From Rhodocyclaceae bacterium (GTDB taxonomy: Bacteria; Pseudomonadota; Gammaproteobacteria; Burkholderiales; Rhodocyclaceae): a DNA stretch of 64,000 bases. Position numbers and translations under genes: made by a program. Every line of letters starts with the position of its first letter. Within the stretch, counting starts at the first letter, position 1. The notes under the pieces are model-generated. The model ran no database searches. It was not told the DNA's origin and saw only the letters and a list, made by a program, of their open reading frames with translations. The DNA is taken from NCBI GenBank assembly GCA_035505955.1, contig DATJQH010000137.1, forward strand, positions 2,325 to 66,324. The letters run 5' to 3'. Positions 33,740 to 43,499 of this stretch are shown here, in pieces.

Positions 33740-35113
33740 TCAGGCGCGCCGCCAGGTCGTGCCGCCGGGCCCGTCTTCCAGCACGATGCCGGCCGCCTTC
33801 AGTTCGTCCCGGATGCGGTCGGCCCCGGTAAAGTCCTTCGCCTTCTTGGCCGCGACACGCGCCGCAATGCGCGCTTCGATGGCATCGTTCGACATGCCGC
33901 TGGCCGGCGCGGCCTGCAGGAACTCGGTTGGCGACCGCTGCAAGAGGCCCAGCACGCCGCCAAGCGCCTTCAACTGCGCAGCAACTTTCGCATCTCCCGT
34001 GCGATTCACTTCGCCAGCCAGATCGAACAGCACCGTCATCGCTTCGGGCGTGCCGAAGTCGTCGTCCATCGCGGCGCGGAAGTGCTGCGCGTGCGGCTCG
34101 TTCCAATCGACGACGGCGTTGCCTTCGAAGCCCTTGAGGGCCGTGTAGAGGCGGCTCAGCGCCTGGCGCGCATCGTCGAGATGCGCATCCGAATAATTGA
34201 GCGGGCTGCGGTAATGCGCGCGCAGGATGAAGAAGCGCACGACCTCGGCGTCGTACCTCTTAAGCACGTCGCGGATGGTGAAGAAGTTGCCGAGCGACTT
34301 CGACATCTTCTCGTCGTCGACACGCACGAAGCCGTTGTGCAGCCAGTAATTGACGAAGATGCCGCCGTGGGCACCTTCCGATTGCGCGATCTCGTTTTCG
34401 TGGTGCGGGAACTGGAGGTCCTGGCCGCCGCCGTGGATGTCGAAGTGGTTGCCGAGGAGATCCGCGCTCATGGCCGAACATTCGATATGCCAGCCCGGCC
34501 GGCCAAGGCCCCAGGGCGAGGGCCACTTGGCGGCTTCCGGCTCCTCGGGCTTGGCGGTTTTCCAGAGCACGAAATCGAGCGGATCCTGCTTGCCCTCCTG
34601 CACGTCGACGCGCTCGCCGGCGCGCAGGTCATCGATCGACTTGCCGGAGAGTTTGCCGTAGCCGGGGAACTTGCGCACCGAATAGCAGACGTCGCCGTTG
34701 CCGGCGACATAGGCAAGTCCGTTCTGCATCAGTTGTTCGATCAGCGCGATCATCTGCGGGACGTATTCGGTGGCGCGCGGCTCGACATCGGGCCGCAGGC
34801 TGCCCAGCGCCGCCAGGTCCTCGTCCATGAAGCCGATCTGGCGGTCGGTCAGCTGGCGGATGGTTTCGCCGTTCTCGGCGGCCCGCTTAATTATTTTGTC
34901 ATCGATGTCGGTGATATTCCGCACGTACGTGACTTCGTAGCCGGAGGCGCGCAGCCAGCGCACGACCATGTCGAACACCAACATCATGCGGGCATGGCCG
35001 ACGTGGCAGAAGTCGTAGATGGTCATGCCGCAGACGTACATGCGGACCCGGCCCGGTTCGATCGGCACAAAGTCCTGCACCGTGCGGGCGAGCGTGTTGT
35101 AGAGCTTGAGCAT
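33740..35113 (-). CDS. cysS: cysteine--tRNA ligase
   Basis: HIGH region ([17 protein letters not shown]) and KMSKS. Start at MLKLYNTL (ATG at 35113) rather than the tracked 35227. Confidence 0.9.
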   Translation of the reverse strand: MLKLYNTLARTVQDFVPIEPGRVRMYVCGMTIYDFCHVGHARMMLVFDMVVRWLRASGYEVTYVRNITDIDDKIIKRAAENGETIRQLTDRQIGFMDEDLAALGSLRPDVEPRATEYVPQMIALIEQLMQNGLAYVAGNGDVCYSVRKFPGYGKLSGKSIDDLRAGERVDVQEGKQDPLDFVLWKTAKPEEPEAAKWPSPWGLGRPGWHIECSAMSADLLGNHFDIHGGGQDLQFPHHENEIAQSEGAHGGIFVNYWLHNGFVRVDDEKMSKSLGNFFTIRDVLKRYDAEVVRFFILRAHYRSPLNYSDAHLDDARQALSRLYTALKGFEGNAVVDWNEPHAQHFRAAMDDDFGTPEAMTVLFDLAGEVNRTGDAKVAAQLKALGGVLGLLQRSPTEFLQAAPASGMSNDAIEARIAARVAAKKAKDFTGADRIRDELKAAGIVLEDGPGGTTWRRA

Positions 35114-35245
35114 GGAGAACTGAGGAAAGGGACGGTTTGAAGTGCTTTGTCGACCGCCATCGCCGGGCGGCATCGTTGTCGCGGCAACGGGCTTCTTGAT
35201 AGAATACCCCGTTGACTTTGTTCCCACTTTTTGGATCAGTATAAC

Positions 35246-36262
35246 ATGACGTTATTTCGCCATTTTGCGCTGTGTTCGGTCGCGATCGCCCTGGCTGCAG
35301 CGGGCCCCGCGTTCGGCCAATCCCTGCAGGATATCGGCAAGCTCATGAAGCAGGGGCAGAACACCCAGGCGCTCGAGCAGGTCGACCAGTACCTGGCGGG
35401 CAAGCCGAAGGATGCCCAGGGCCGCTTCCTGAAGGGATTGATCCTGACGGAACTGAATCGCACCAACGACGCAGTCGCCGTGTTCCAGAAGCTGACCGAG
35501 GACTACCCGGAGTTGCCCGAACCCTACAACAACCTCGCCGTCATCTACGCGCAGCAGAAGCAGTACGAGAAGGCGAAGCAGGCGCTCGAGATGGCGATCC
35601 GCACACATCCTTCGTACGCCACCGCGCACGAGAACCTCGGCGACATCTACGCGCGCATGGCGAGCCAGGCGTACGACAAGGCGCTACAGATCGACTCATC
35701 GAACACCAGCGCGCAGACCAAGCTGTCGATGATCCGTGACCTGATGAGTGTCAACGCTCGTCCCGCCCAGGTCGCCGCGGCAACCAAGCCCGTGGTGGTC
35801 GCGGCCGCGCCCGCGCCCGCCAGGTCCGTCGAGGCCAAACCCGCGGACACGAAGCCCGCCGAGCCGCCGAAGCCCGCAGAAGCAAAGCCTGCCACCGCGC
35901 CCGTCAAGGCGGGCGGCGACCCGGCCGCCGATGCCGCCAAATCCATCGAGGCCTGGGCCGCGGCCTGGTCGCACAAGGACGCGAAGACCTACCTCGCGCA
36001 TTACGCCGCCGATTTCAAGACGCCCGACGGCATGCCGCGCGCCAAGTGGGAGGCAGAACGCACCTTGCGCGTCACCAAGCCCGGCGAGATCAGCGTCAGC
36101 GTCGAGGAACTGCGTGTCAGCAGCGAAGGTGCCGACAAGGCGACGGCCCATTTCCGCCAGCGGTACAAGTCGGCCAATCTCAAGGGTTCGGGCTACAAGA
36201 CACTCGAACTGGTGCGGCGTGACGGCCAGTGGCTGATCGTCCAGGAACGGATGAGCAATTGA
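35246..36262 (+). CDS. secreted TPR-repeat protein with a Pro/Ala-rich linker and a C-terminal NTF2/SnoaL-like module
   Basis: Signal peptide [27 protein letters not shown]-like repeats ([26 protein letters not shown]..). The C-terminal roughly 110 aa are homologous to the C-terminus of the next gene. Confidence 0.7.
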   Translation: MTLFRHFALCSVAIALAAAGPAFGQSLQDIGKLMKQGQNTQALEQVDQYLAGKPKDAQGRFLKGLILTELNRTNDAVAVFQKLTEDYPELPEPYNNLAVIYAQQKQYEKAKQALEMAIRTHPSYATAHENLGDIYARMASQAYDKALQIDSSNTSAQTKLSMIRDLMSVNARPAQVAAATKPVVVAAAPAPARSVEAKPADTKPAEPPKPAEAKPATAPVKAGGDPAADAAKSIEAWAAAWSHKDAKTYLAHYAADFKTPDGMPRAKWEAERTLRVTKPGEISVSVEELRVSSEGADKATAHFRQRYKSANLKGSGYKTLELVRRDGQWLIVQERMSN

Positions 36263-36297
36263 ACGAGCATCGGCAGCCATCGGCCTCCCAACCGCAC

Positions 36298-37494
36298 ATG
36301 GCATGGCGCCGAGCCCTGGCGGCCGTCGGATTCTGCCTGCTAGCAAGCGCGGCGCCCGTGTCGCAACTCGAAGCGCAGCCGCGCTATTCGGACTCCGGTC
36401 CCGAGCCGCTGCTGTCGCGCGTATTCGAACAGATCGAGGAGAACCACTGGGAAGCGGCGTTGCAGCAGACCGATGCGCTGATCCGCTCCTATCCGAACTT
36501 CCGCCTTGCACACCTCGTCAGGGGCGATCTGCTGCTGGCCCATTCGAAGCCGCTGACAGCCTTCGGCGAAGGCGGCGTCGGCGCCGCGCGCGACAAGGTA
36601 GCCGACCTGCGCGCCGAAGCGATTGCCCGTCTGCACGCCTACAAGAACAGGCCGATGGAAGGCTACCTGCCGCGCTACCTGCTGCAGATGCGCGACGACC
36701 AGAAGTACGCGATCGTCGTCGACACCGAGAAGTCGCGCCTCTACCTGTACCAGAACGATGGCGGCACGCCGCGTTTCGTCGCCGACTACTACGTCACGCA
36801 CGGCAAGCTCGGCGCCGACAAGACGCGTGAAGGCGACCAGCGCACACCGGTCGGCATCTACCATGTCACGGCCAGCCTGCCGCGCCAGAAGCTCTCCGAC
36901 TTCTACGGCTCGGGCGCCTTTCCGATCAGCTATCCCAACGACTGGGACCGCCGCATGGGCCGCAATGGCCACGGCATCTGGCTGCACGGCACGCCATCGG
37001 ACACGTTCTCGCGGCCGCCGCAGGCCTCCGACGGTTGCGTCGTGCTGGCAAACGAGGATCTCGACGCGCTCGGCCGCAACCTGCAGATTGGCCTGACGCC
37101 GGTCATCATCAGCAACAGCATCGAATGGCTCTCGCTCGACGACTGGCAGGCCGAGCGCAAGTCGCTGCTGGCGATGATCCAGGAATGGCGCCAGGATTGG
37201 GAAAGCCGCGACGTCGACCGCTACGCCCGCCACTACTCGCGCAAGTTCCAGTCCGACGGACTCGACTACCGGGGCTGGATGGAGCACAAGCGCGAGGTCA
37301 ATGCCGGCAAGAGCTGGATCCGGGTCGGCACAGGCGACATCAGCATGTTCCGCAATCCGGGCAAGGAAGAGTACGTTGTCGTCACGTTCGAGCAGGACTA
37401 CCGCAGCAGCAACCTCAGCAACGTGATGAAGAAGCGCCAGTACTGGATCAAGGAAGACGGCCGCTGGAAGATCGTCAGCGAAGGCGCCGCCTGA
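36298..37494 (+). CDS. L,D-transpeptidase (YkuD-fold) family protein with a C-terminal NTF2/SnoaL-like module
   Basis: Catalytic region HGIWLHGTP....SDGCVVL. Signal peptide [20 protein letters not shown]. Start at the ATG at 36298. Confidence 0.8.
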   Translation: MAWRRALAAVGFCLLASAAPVSQLEAQPRYSDSGPEPLLSRVFEQIEENHWEAALQQTDALIRSYPNFRLAHLVRGDLLLAHSKPLTAFGEGGVGAARDKVADLRAEAIARLHAYKNRPMEGYLPRYLLQMRDDQKYAIVVDTEKSRLYLYQNDGGTPRFVADYYVTHGKLGADKTREGDQRTPVGIYHVTASLPRQKLSDFYGSGAFPISYPNDWDRRMGRNGHGIWLHGTPSDTFSRPPQASDGCVVLANEDLDALGRNLQIGLTPVIISNSIEWLSLDDWQAERKSLLAMIQEWRQDWESRDVDRYARHYSRKFQSDGLDYRGWMEHKREVNAGKSWIRVGTGDISMFRNPGKEEYVVVTFEQDYRSSNLSNVMKKRQYWIKEDGRWKIVSEGAA

Positions 37495-37538
37495 GCGTTT
37501 CCCTGCGTTTCATCGCGCACCACCCCAAGGAGAACTCT

Positions 37539-38099
37539 ATGAGAAAGCTGCTTGCCGCGCTGGCCGCACTCGTCGTTGCCCTGCCGGCCTGGGCCGCCAA
37601 CCCGGTCGTCGAGATGAAGACCAGTTACGGCGCCGTCACCATCGAACTGTATCCGGACAAGGCGCCCAAGACCGTTGCCAACTTTCTGCAGTACGTGAAG
37701 GACGGCTTCTACGACGGCACCATCTTCCATCGCGTCATCGACGGCTTCATGATCCAGGGCGGCGGCATGCAGCCGGGCATGAAGGAGAAGAAGACGCGCG
37801 CACCGATCGAGAACGAGGCCAACAACGGCCTCAAGAACGTCACCGGCACGCTCGCCATGGCGCGCACTTCGGCGCCGCATTCGGCGAGCGCGCAGTTCTT
37901 CATCAACCTGAAGGATAATGCCTTCCTCGACTACCCGGGCCGTGACGGCTGGGGCTACTGTGTGTTCGGCAAGGTCACGCAGGGCATCGACGTCGTGAAC
38001 AAGATCGCCAAGGTCGCCACCGGCACGGTCGGCATGCATCAGGACGTGCCCAACACGCCCGTCGTCATCGAATCCGTCAAGCTCATCGAAACCAAATAG
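37539..38099 (+). CDS. ppiA: periplasmic peptidyl-prolyl cis-trans isomerase (cyclophilin)
   Basis: Signal peptide [19 protein letters not shown] and the cyclophilin core [14 protein letters not shown]. Confidence 0.85.
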   Translation: MRKLLAALAALVVALPAWAANPVVEMKTSYGAVTIELYPDKAPKTVANFLQYVKDGFYDGTIFHRVIDGFMIQGGGMQPGMKEKKTRAPIENEANNGLKNVTGTLAMARTSAPHSASAQFFINLKDNAFLDYPGRDGWGYCVFGKVTQGIDVVNKIAKVATGTVGMHQDVPNTPVVIESVKLIETK

Positions 38100-38109
38100 G
38101 GAACCCTAC

Positions 38110-38595
38110 GTGATCAAGCTCACCACCAACCACGGCACCATCGTGCTCGAACTCGACGCCGACAAGGCGCCCAAGACCGTCGAGAACTTCATCGCCTATG
38201 TCGAAGCCGGCCATTACGACAACACCATCTTCCATCGCGTCATCGACGGCTTCATGATCCAGGGCGGCGGCTTCGAGTCCGGCATGAAGCAGAAGCCGAC
38301 CCGCGAACCGGTCGAGAACGAAGCCAGGAACGGCCTGAAGAACGCGCGCGGCAGCATCGCCATGGCACGCACGTCCGACCCGCACTCGGCCAGCGCACAG
38401 TTCTTCATCAACCTCGCCGACAACGCCTTCCTCGACTACCCCGGCCAGGACGGCTGGGGCTACTGCGTGTTCGGCCGCGTCACCGAAGGGATGGACGTCG
38501 TCGACAAGATCAGGAACGTGAAGACGGGCCGCAGCGGCTTCCACCAGGACGTGCCGGTCGAGGACGTCGTCATCGAGCGCGCGGAAGTTTGCTGA
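38110..38595 (+). CDS. ppiB: cytoplasmic peptidyl-prolyl cis-trans isomerase (cyclophilin)
   Basis: No signal peptide. Contains [14 protein letters not shown] and [19 protein letters not shown] start. Confidence 0.85.
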   Translation: MIKLTTNHGTIVLELDADKAPKTVENFIAYVEAGHYDNTIFHRVIDGFMIQGGGFESGMKQKPTREPVENEARNGLKNARGSIAMARTSDPHSASAQFFINLADNAFLDYPGQDGWGYCVFGRVTEGMDVVDKIRNVKTGRSGFHQDVPVEDVVIERAEVC

Positions 38596-39311
38596 TACTT
38601 TTCATTTCCGACCTGCACCTCTCCTCGCGCAGGCCGGAAACGGCGGCACTGTTCGAGCGCTTTCTCGCCGGCCCGGCGCGGCAGGCGAACAGCCTCTACA
38701 TCCTCGGCGACTTGTTTGACGCCTGGGCCGGCGACGATGATCTCGCCGACCCGTTCAACGCGCGCATCAGCGGCGCGCTGGCGGACCTGGCCGCAAGCGG
38801 CTGCCGCACCCATTTCCTGGCCGGCAACCGCGACTTCCTGATCGCCGACCGGTTTGGCGTGTCATCGCGGCTGACTTTCATCGCCGAACGCACGGTCGTC
38901 GATCTCGCCAGCACGCCGACGCTGCTCCTGCACGGCGACACGCTATGCACCGACGACGCCGACTACCTGGCCTTTCGCGCCGTCGTGCGCACGCCGGCCT
39001 GGCGCGACGAATTCCTCGCACTGCCGCTGGCCGAGCGCAAGAAGAGAATCGAGGGATTGCGCGAACGAAGCGAAACGGCAAAGAGCGGCAAGCCCCATGC
39101 GTTGATGGACACCAATGCCGGCGCGGTGGCCGAGGCGTTCCACCGCAGCAATGTCAGTCGCATGATCCACGGTCACACGCACCGGCAGGCAAGACACGAA
39201 CTGGTGGTCGACGGCCGCAATTGCGAACGCTGGGTGCTGGGTGACTGGCATGCAACCGGAAACGCGCTCGCCGTCGACGACACCGGCTGGCGCTGGCTGC
39301 GCATCGACTGA
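38589..39311 (+). CDS. lpxH: UDP-2,3-diacylglucosamine diphosphatase
   Basis: Metallophosphatase motifs ISDLHL, GDLFD, GNRD, HGD, GHTH. TTG start overlaps the ppiB end. Confidence 0.85.
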   Translation: MLILFISDLHLSSRRPETAALFERFLAGPARQANSLYILGDLFDAWAGDDDLADPFNARISGALADLAASGCRTHFLAGNRDFLIADRFGVSSRLTFIAERTVVDLASTPTLLLHGDTLCTDDADYLAFRAVVRTPAWRDEFLALPLAERKKRIEGLRERSETAKSGKPHALMDTNAGAVAEAFHRSNVSRMIHGHTHRQARHELVVDGRNCERWVLGDWHATGNALAVDDTGWRWLRID

Positions 39312-39333
39312 AAGTCAGTCTTCGTGGTACGCC
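39310..39333 (+). repeat. dispersed word copy D (overlaps lpxH stop codon): GAAAGTCAGTCTTCGTGGTACGCC
   Basis: Exact AGTCAG-N10-ACGCC. Confidence 0.65.
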
Positions 39334-39351
39334 GCGCGGGAACCGCAGAGG

Positions 39352-40266
39352 CTACAGAACCGCGTCGCGCTCGATGCCGGCGTGCATCAACTGCCGGCGC
39401 AGCTGGCCCAGCGCTTCGAGCTGGATCTGGCGCACACGCTCGCGCGTGACGCCGAGGTCGTTGGCCAGGGTCTCAAGCGTGGCAACGTCGGTGCCATTGA
39501 GGCCGTAGCGGCGTTCGATCACGTGGCGCTGCTTGTCCGACAGCCGTGCCACCCACTCCGCAATGCGACGCTCGAGCTCGGCCTGTTCCAGCCGGTAGTC
39601 GGGTGCGGCCGTGCCGTCGTCGGCAATCGCGTCGGCCACTGACAGGTCGGGATCGACTTCCAGCGGCGCGTCGAGCGAGGCGGTGCGTTCGTTGTAGGAC
39701 AACAGGTGCCGCACTTCCTCGACCGGCCGGTCGATCAGGCGCGATACGGCGATCGCGTCGCCGTGATGATCGGGGGCCTCGGCCGACTCCAGGTGGCGCA
39801 GGGCGCGCAACACCAGGTTGAGTTCCTTCACCACGTGCACCGGCAGGCGGATGGTGCGCGACTGGTTCATGATGGCGCGCTCGACGTTCTGGCGCACCCA
39901 CCAGGTCGCGTAGGTCGAGAAGCGGAAGCCGCGCTCGGGATCGAATTTCTCCAGCGCGTGGATCAGGCCGAGGTTACCCTCTTCGATCAGGTCGTCGAGC
40001 GGAATGCCGCGATGCTGGTAGTGCTTGGCGATGCTCACGACCAAGCGTAGGTTCGCCTCGATCATGCGCTGCCTGGCCGTGAAATCGCCGGCGCGCATCG
40101 CCCGCGACAGCCTCAGTTCCTCCCTCGGCGACAGCAGCGGGTTCGCGCCGAGTTCGTTCAGGTAGAGCTGCGTGACGTCGTCGATGAACTCGACTTCGCC
40201 GCCATCGCCGCCAGCCTCTTCGACTTCGGCGATGTCGGGATCGACCGGGAAGGCATCGTCATTCAT
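39352..40266 (-). CDS. rpoS: RNA polymerase sigma factor RpoS
   Basis: Sigma-70 regions 2-4 ([30 protein letters not shown]; C-terminal [12 protein letters not shown]). Immediately downstream of nlpD with an ATGA overlap. The tracked 5' extension to 40629 lies inside nlpD. Confidence 0.85.
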   Translation of the reverse strand: MNDDAFPVDPDIAEVEEAGGDGGEVEFIDDVTQLYLNELGANPLLSPREELRLSRAMRAGDFTARQRMIEANLRLVVSIAKHYQHRGIPLDDLIEEGNLGLIHALEKFDPERGFRFSTYATWWVRQNVERAIMNQSRTIRLPVHVVKELNLVLRALRHLESAEAPDHHGDAIAVSRLIDRPVEEVRHLLSYNERTASLDAPLEVDPDLSVADAIADDGTAAPDYRLEQAELERRIAEWVARLSDKQRHVIERRYGLNGTDVATLETLANDLGVTRERVRQIQLEALGQLRRQLMHAGIERDAVL

Positions 40267-41222
40267 TGGCGCGCGGGCAGCAGTGTCAGTGGATCCACAG
40301 GGTTGCTGTCCTGCCGGATTTCGAAGTGCAGCCTGGGCCGGTCGGCATCGGAACTGCCGATCTCGGCGATCTTCTGGCCGCGCGTCACGGTCTGGTCCTT
40401 CTTGACCAGGATCTTGCTCGTGTGTGCATAGACCGAGATGTAGCGGCTGTTGTGGCGCACGACCAGGAAGTCGCCATAGCCGCGCAGGCTGCCGACATAG
40501 GTTACGGTTCCAGCCGCGGCCGCGTAGATCGGCTCGCCCATGCGCCCGGTAACGTCGATGCCCTTGTTGCTCTCCTTGCCCGCGCCGCCATCGACGAAGC
40601 CGCCGATGACCTTGCCCGCGGCCGGCCACGTCCAGTCCAGGCTGTCCGCAGATGGGGCCGGGGCCGGCGTTGGAGCGGGTGCGGGCACGGGCGCAGGTGC
40701 GGGAGCAGGCGCAACGGCCGGCGCAGGTGCTTCAATCGGCCTCGCCGGCGCGACGCCGCCGTCCATCTCGCGCACCTGGGACAGCGCCGTGTCGGAGTAC
40801 GCCAGCGTGCCGCCTTTCGGGTCGCGCTTCAGGGCATCACCCATACCGCCGGTAGGCGTCGGCGGGGTCTCGCCGACGGCAACGAGCGGCGCCGGCGCGG
40901 CGATCGGCTTCACTTCGACGGCGCCCTCGGGCAGGGCGACGCGCAGTTCCTGGCCAACTTCGATCTTCGTCGCATCGGGGAGATTGTTCCAGGCAACGAG
41001 ATCCTGCGGCTCCACGCCGTTATTCTTGGCGATACGGTAGAGCGTGTCGCCCTTCTTGACCACGTAGTAGCCCTCGCGGGGCGCAGCCGGCGGCGCGGTC
41101 GCCGCCGAGGCGGCGCGTCCGCGTTCCAGGACGACGGGACTGCCGTCCGTCACCGGGGCTGGCGTTCGACTCGCGCAACCGGTCAGCGCCAACAACGCCA
41201 ACAGACAAAGATATCGCCACAT
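40263..41222 (-). CDS. nlpD: LysM / M23 peptidase lipoprotein NlpD
   Basis: Lipobox LALTGCA, LysM domain ([17 protein letters not shown]), a Pro/Ala-rich linker, and an M23 domain (GIDV...HLHFEIR). Confidence 0.85.
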   Translation of the reverse strand: MWRYLCLLALLALTGCASRTPAPVTDGSPVVLERGRAASAATAPPAAPREGYYVVKKGDTLYRIAKNNGVEPQDLVAWNNLPDATKIEVGQELRVALPEGAVEVKPIAAPAPLVAVGETPPTPTGGMGDALKRDPKGGTLAYSDTALSQVREMDGGVAPARPIEAPAPAVAPAPAPAPVPAPAPTPAPAPSADSLDWTWPAAGKVIGGFVDGGAGKESNKGIDVTGRMGEPIYAAAAGTVTYVGSLRGYGDFLVVRHNSRYISVYAHTSKILVKKDQTVTRGQKIAEIGSSDADRPRLHFEIRQDSNPVDPLTLLPARQ

Positions 41223-41223
41223 C

Positions 41224-41880
41224 TCACTCGACTCCCGGCAACAACGGCACGAAGCGCACCGGATCAAATCGCGTTTCGACAAATCCCTTGTCGGTATTCT
41301 CGAATAGACACAGGGTCTGGTCCCGGATTCCCAGCGGCAACATCAACCGCCCTCCCGGCGCCAACTGGTCCAGCAACGCCTGGGGCACGCCCGGCGCGGC
41401 GGCTGCCACGATGATGGTATCAAAGGGCGCGGCTTCGGGCAGTCCGCCCATGCCATCGGCGTGCTTCAGACGAACGTGTGACAGTTTCGCCTGCCGCAGG
41501 TTCTCGCGCGCCTGCGCAAGCAGCGGCGCCAGGCGCTCGACCGCGAACACCTGTTTCGTCAGGGTGCCGAGCACGGCCGCCTGGTAACCGCAGCCGGCGC
41601 CCACCTCCAGCGTCTTGCCCAGCGAGGCGCGCCCGGCCAGCGCCAGTTCAATCATGCGCGCGACGACATACGGTTGCGAAATGGTCTGGCCGAGCACCAG
41701 CGGCAGCGCCGTGTCCTCGTAGGCCCGATGGGCAAGCGCCGCACCGACGAAAACATGGCGCGGCACCGCAGCCATGGCCGTCAGTACCCGCTCGTCCTTG
41801 ATGCCCTGCTCGCGTAGCCGTTCGATCATGCGCCCGCGCGTGCGCTGCGACGTCATGCCGATGCCTTGCAGCACCGTCAT
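41224..41880 (-). CDS. pcm: protein-L-isoaspartate O-methyltransferase
   Basis: [17 protein letters not shown] motif and TISQPYVVA. Part of the conserved surE-pcm-nlpD-rpoS order. Confidence 0.9.
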   Translation of the reverse strand: MTVLQGIGMTSQRTRGRMIERLREQGIKDERVLTAMAAVPRHVFVGAALAHRAYEDTALPLVLGQTISQPYVVARMIELALAGRASLGKTLEVGAGCGYQAAVLGTLTKQVFAVERLAPLLAQARENLRQAKLSHVRLKHADGMGGLPEAAPFDTIIVAAAAPGVPQALLDQLAPGGRLMLPLGIRDQTLCLFENTDKGFVETRFDPVRFVPLLPGVE

Positions 41881-42614
41881 CGGGTCAACCAGCTTTCGAC
41901 TGTGCCGATCTGCCCCGCATGGGTAAGATCAATCTGCAGCGGCGTAATCGACACGAAACCGTTGGCGACTGCATGGAAATCAGTGCCCTCACCCGCATCC
42001 GCGGCCTCGCCAGCGGCGCCGACCCAGTACACGGTCTCGCCGCGCGGCGTCACCTGCGGCACGGCCTTCTCGGCGCGGTGCCGGCGGCCAAGCCGCGTCA
42101 CGCGCAGGCCGTGCACATCGGTCTCATCGGGCACATTGACGTTCAGGAGCACCGGCTGGCCGAACTCCTGGCGCTGGAAACGCTCCACCAACCCGCGCGC
42201 GATACGCGCGGCCGTGGCGAAATGGGCGCCGCGCTTGCTTGCCAGCGACACGGCGATCGATGGCACGCCGAGCAGATAGCCTTCCATCGCCGCCGCGACG
42301 GTGCCCGAGTAGATCGTGTCGTCGCCCATGTTGGCGCCAAGGTTGATGCCGGACACCACCATGTCGGGTGCATAGTCGAGCATACCGGTGACCGCCAGAT
42401 GCACACAGTCGGTCGGCGTGCCGTTGACGAAGTAGAAGCCGTTGGCCGAACGCCGCAGGCGTAGCGGCCTGTCCAGCGTCAGGGAGTTGCTGGCCCCGCT
42501 GTGGTCGCGCTCGGGAGCCACTACCGTCACTTCGGCGATCGGCGCCAGCGCGGCCGCAAGCGCCTCGAGCCCGGGAGCGAAATAGCCGTCGTCGTTGCTC
42601 AGCAGGATGCGCAT
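41877..42614 (-). CDS. surE: 5'/3'-nucleotidase SurE
   Basis: [16 protein letters not shown]-terminus and [21 protein letters not shown]. Start at the ATG at 42614. Confidence 0.9.
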   Translation of the reverse strand: MRILLSNDDGYFAPGLEALAAALAPIAEVTVVAPERDHSGASNSLTLDRPLRLRRSANGFYFVNGTPTDCVHLAVTGMLDYAPDMVVSGINLGANMGDDTIYSGTVAAAMEGYLLGVPSIAVSLASKRGAHFATAARIARGLVERFQRQEFGQPVLLNVNVPDETDVHGLRVTRLGRRHRAEKAVPQVTPRGETVYWVGAAGEAADAGEGTDFHAVANGFVSITPLQIDLTHAGQIGTVESWLTR

Positions 42615-42740
42615 GGGGTAATAGGCGTGAAGGCGATGGCGAATGGCGGATACAAGGTTGCAAGTATAACGAATCTGTCCGGCCGGCCCGCGCCGCCCGG
42701 CTGCGGCGAGCCTGTCGCCAGGGCTTGCGTTCGCCAAATT

Positions 42741-42752
42741 TCATACGTATGA
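42741..42752. promoter_or_regulatory. perfect 12-bp palindrome TCATACGTATGA; candidate TetR-family operator
   Basis: Read directly from the sequence. It lies 28 nt upstream of the TetR ATG and is followed by a second dyad, AAACG-TT-CGTTT (42756-42767). Confidence 0.4.
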
Positions 42753-42779
42753 TTGAAACGTTCGTTTGAATCTTCGACC

Positions 42780-43499
42780 ATGGACACAAAAGTCACTACC
42801 GACAACCGCGACACGCGCGAGCGCATCCTCGACGCCGCAGAAGCCGCCTTCATGACCTGCGGCTACGACGGCGCCTCGATGCGCCAGATCACCGGCGACG
42901 CCAGCGTCAACCTCGCCGCCGGCCACTACCACTTCGGCAGCAAGGAAGCACTGTTCCACGCCGTCCTCAACCGCCGCCTGCAGGTGCTCAACCACGAGCG
43001 TCTGCGCGTCCTCGACGAGCTTGAGGCCAAGGCCGACGGCGCGCCGCTCAAGGCATCGCAGATCCTCGACGCCTTCTTCGGCACGCTGCTGCGCATGGCC
43101 GTCGCCCACGGCGAGCGCGGCCGTACCTTCCTGCGCCTGATCGGCCGTACGCTCACCGAGCCCGCCGAGTTCATCCGCACGGTGCTGTCCAAGGAATTCG
43201 CCCACGTGCTCGAGCGCTACAAGGCCGCGCTGTTCCGCGCCCTGCCCGACGTGCCGAAAGAGGAGATCGTCTGGCGCTTTCACTTCATGCTCGGCGCCAC
43301 CTCCTACGCGATCGCCGGCATCGACACGCTGCGGCTGGTCACCGACTGGGAGACCGGCGAGATCAACAACGACGACCTCGAACGCCTGCTGCCGCGCCTG
43401 ATGTCTTTCCTGCTTGGCGGACTGCGCGCGCCGCTGCCCACCACCACACCCGTTCCCCAACCTCGCGGCAACGGCCGCAACCGGAGGAAGAAGCCATGA
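42780..43499 (+). CDS. TetR/AcrR family transcriptional regulator (likely regulator of the downstream fad cluster)
   Basis: TetR HTH RERILDAAEAAFMTCGYDGASMRQITGDASVNLAAGHYHFGSKEALF. ATGA overlap with fadE. Confidence 0.85.
   Translation: MDTKVTTDNRDTRERILDAAEAAFMTCGYDGASMRQITGDASVNLAAGHYHFGSKEALFHAVLNRRLQVLNHERLRVLDELEAKADGAPLKASQILDAFFGTLLRMAVAHGERGRTFLRLIGRTLTEPAEFIRTVLSKEFAHVLERYKAALFRALPDVPKEEIVWRFHFMLGATSYAIAGIDTLRLVTDWETGEINNDDLERLLPRLMSFLLGGLRAPLPTTTPVPQPRGNGRNRRKKP

Noticed and set aside
39352-40629. Extended 425-aa version of rpoS
   Set aside because: The extra 120 residues lie inside the nlpD coding region in another frame. The conserved sigma-factor sequence begins at MNDDAF (ATG at 40266), which overlaps the nlpD stop.
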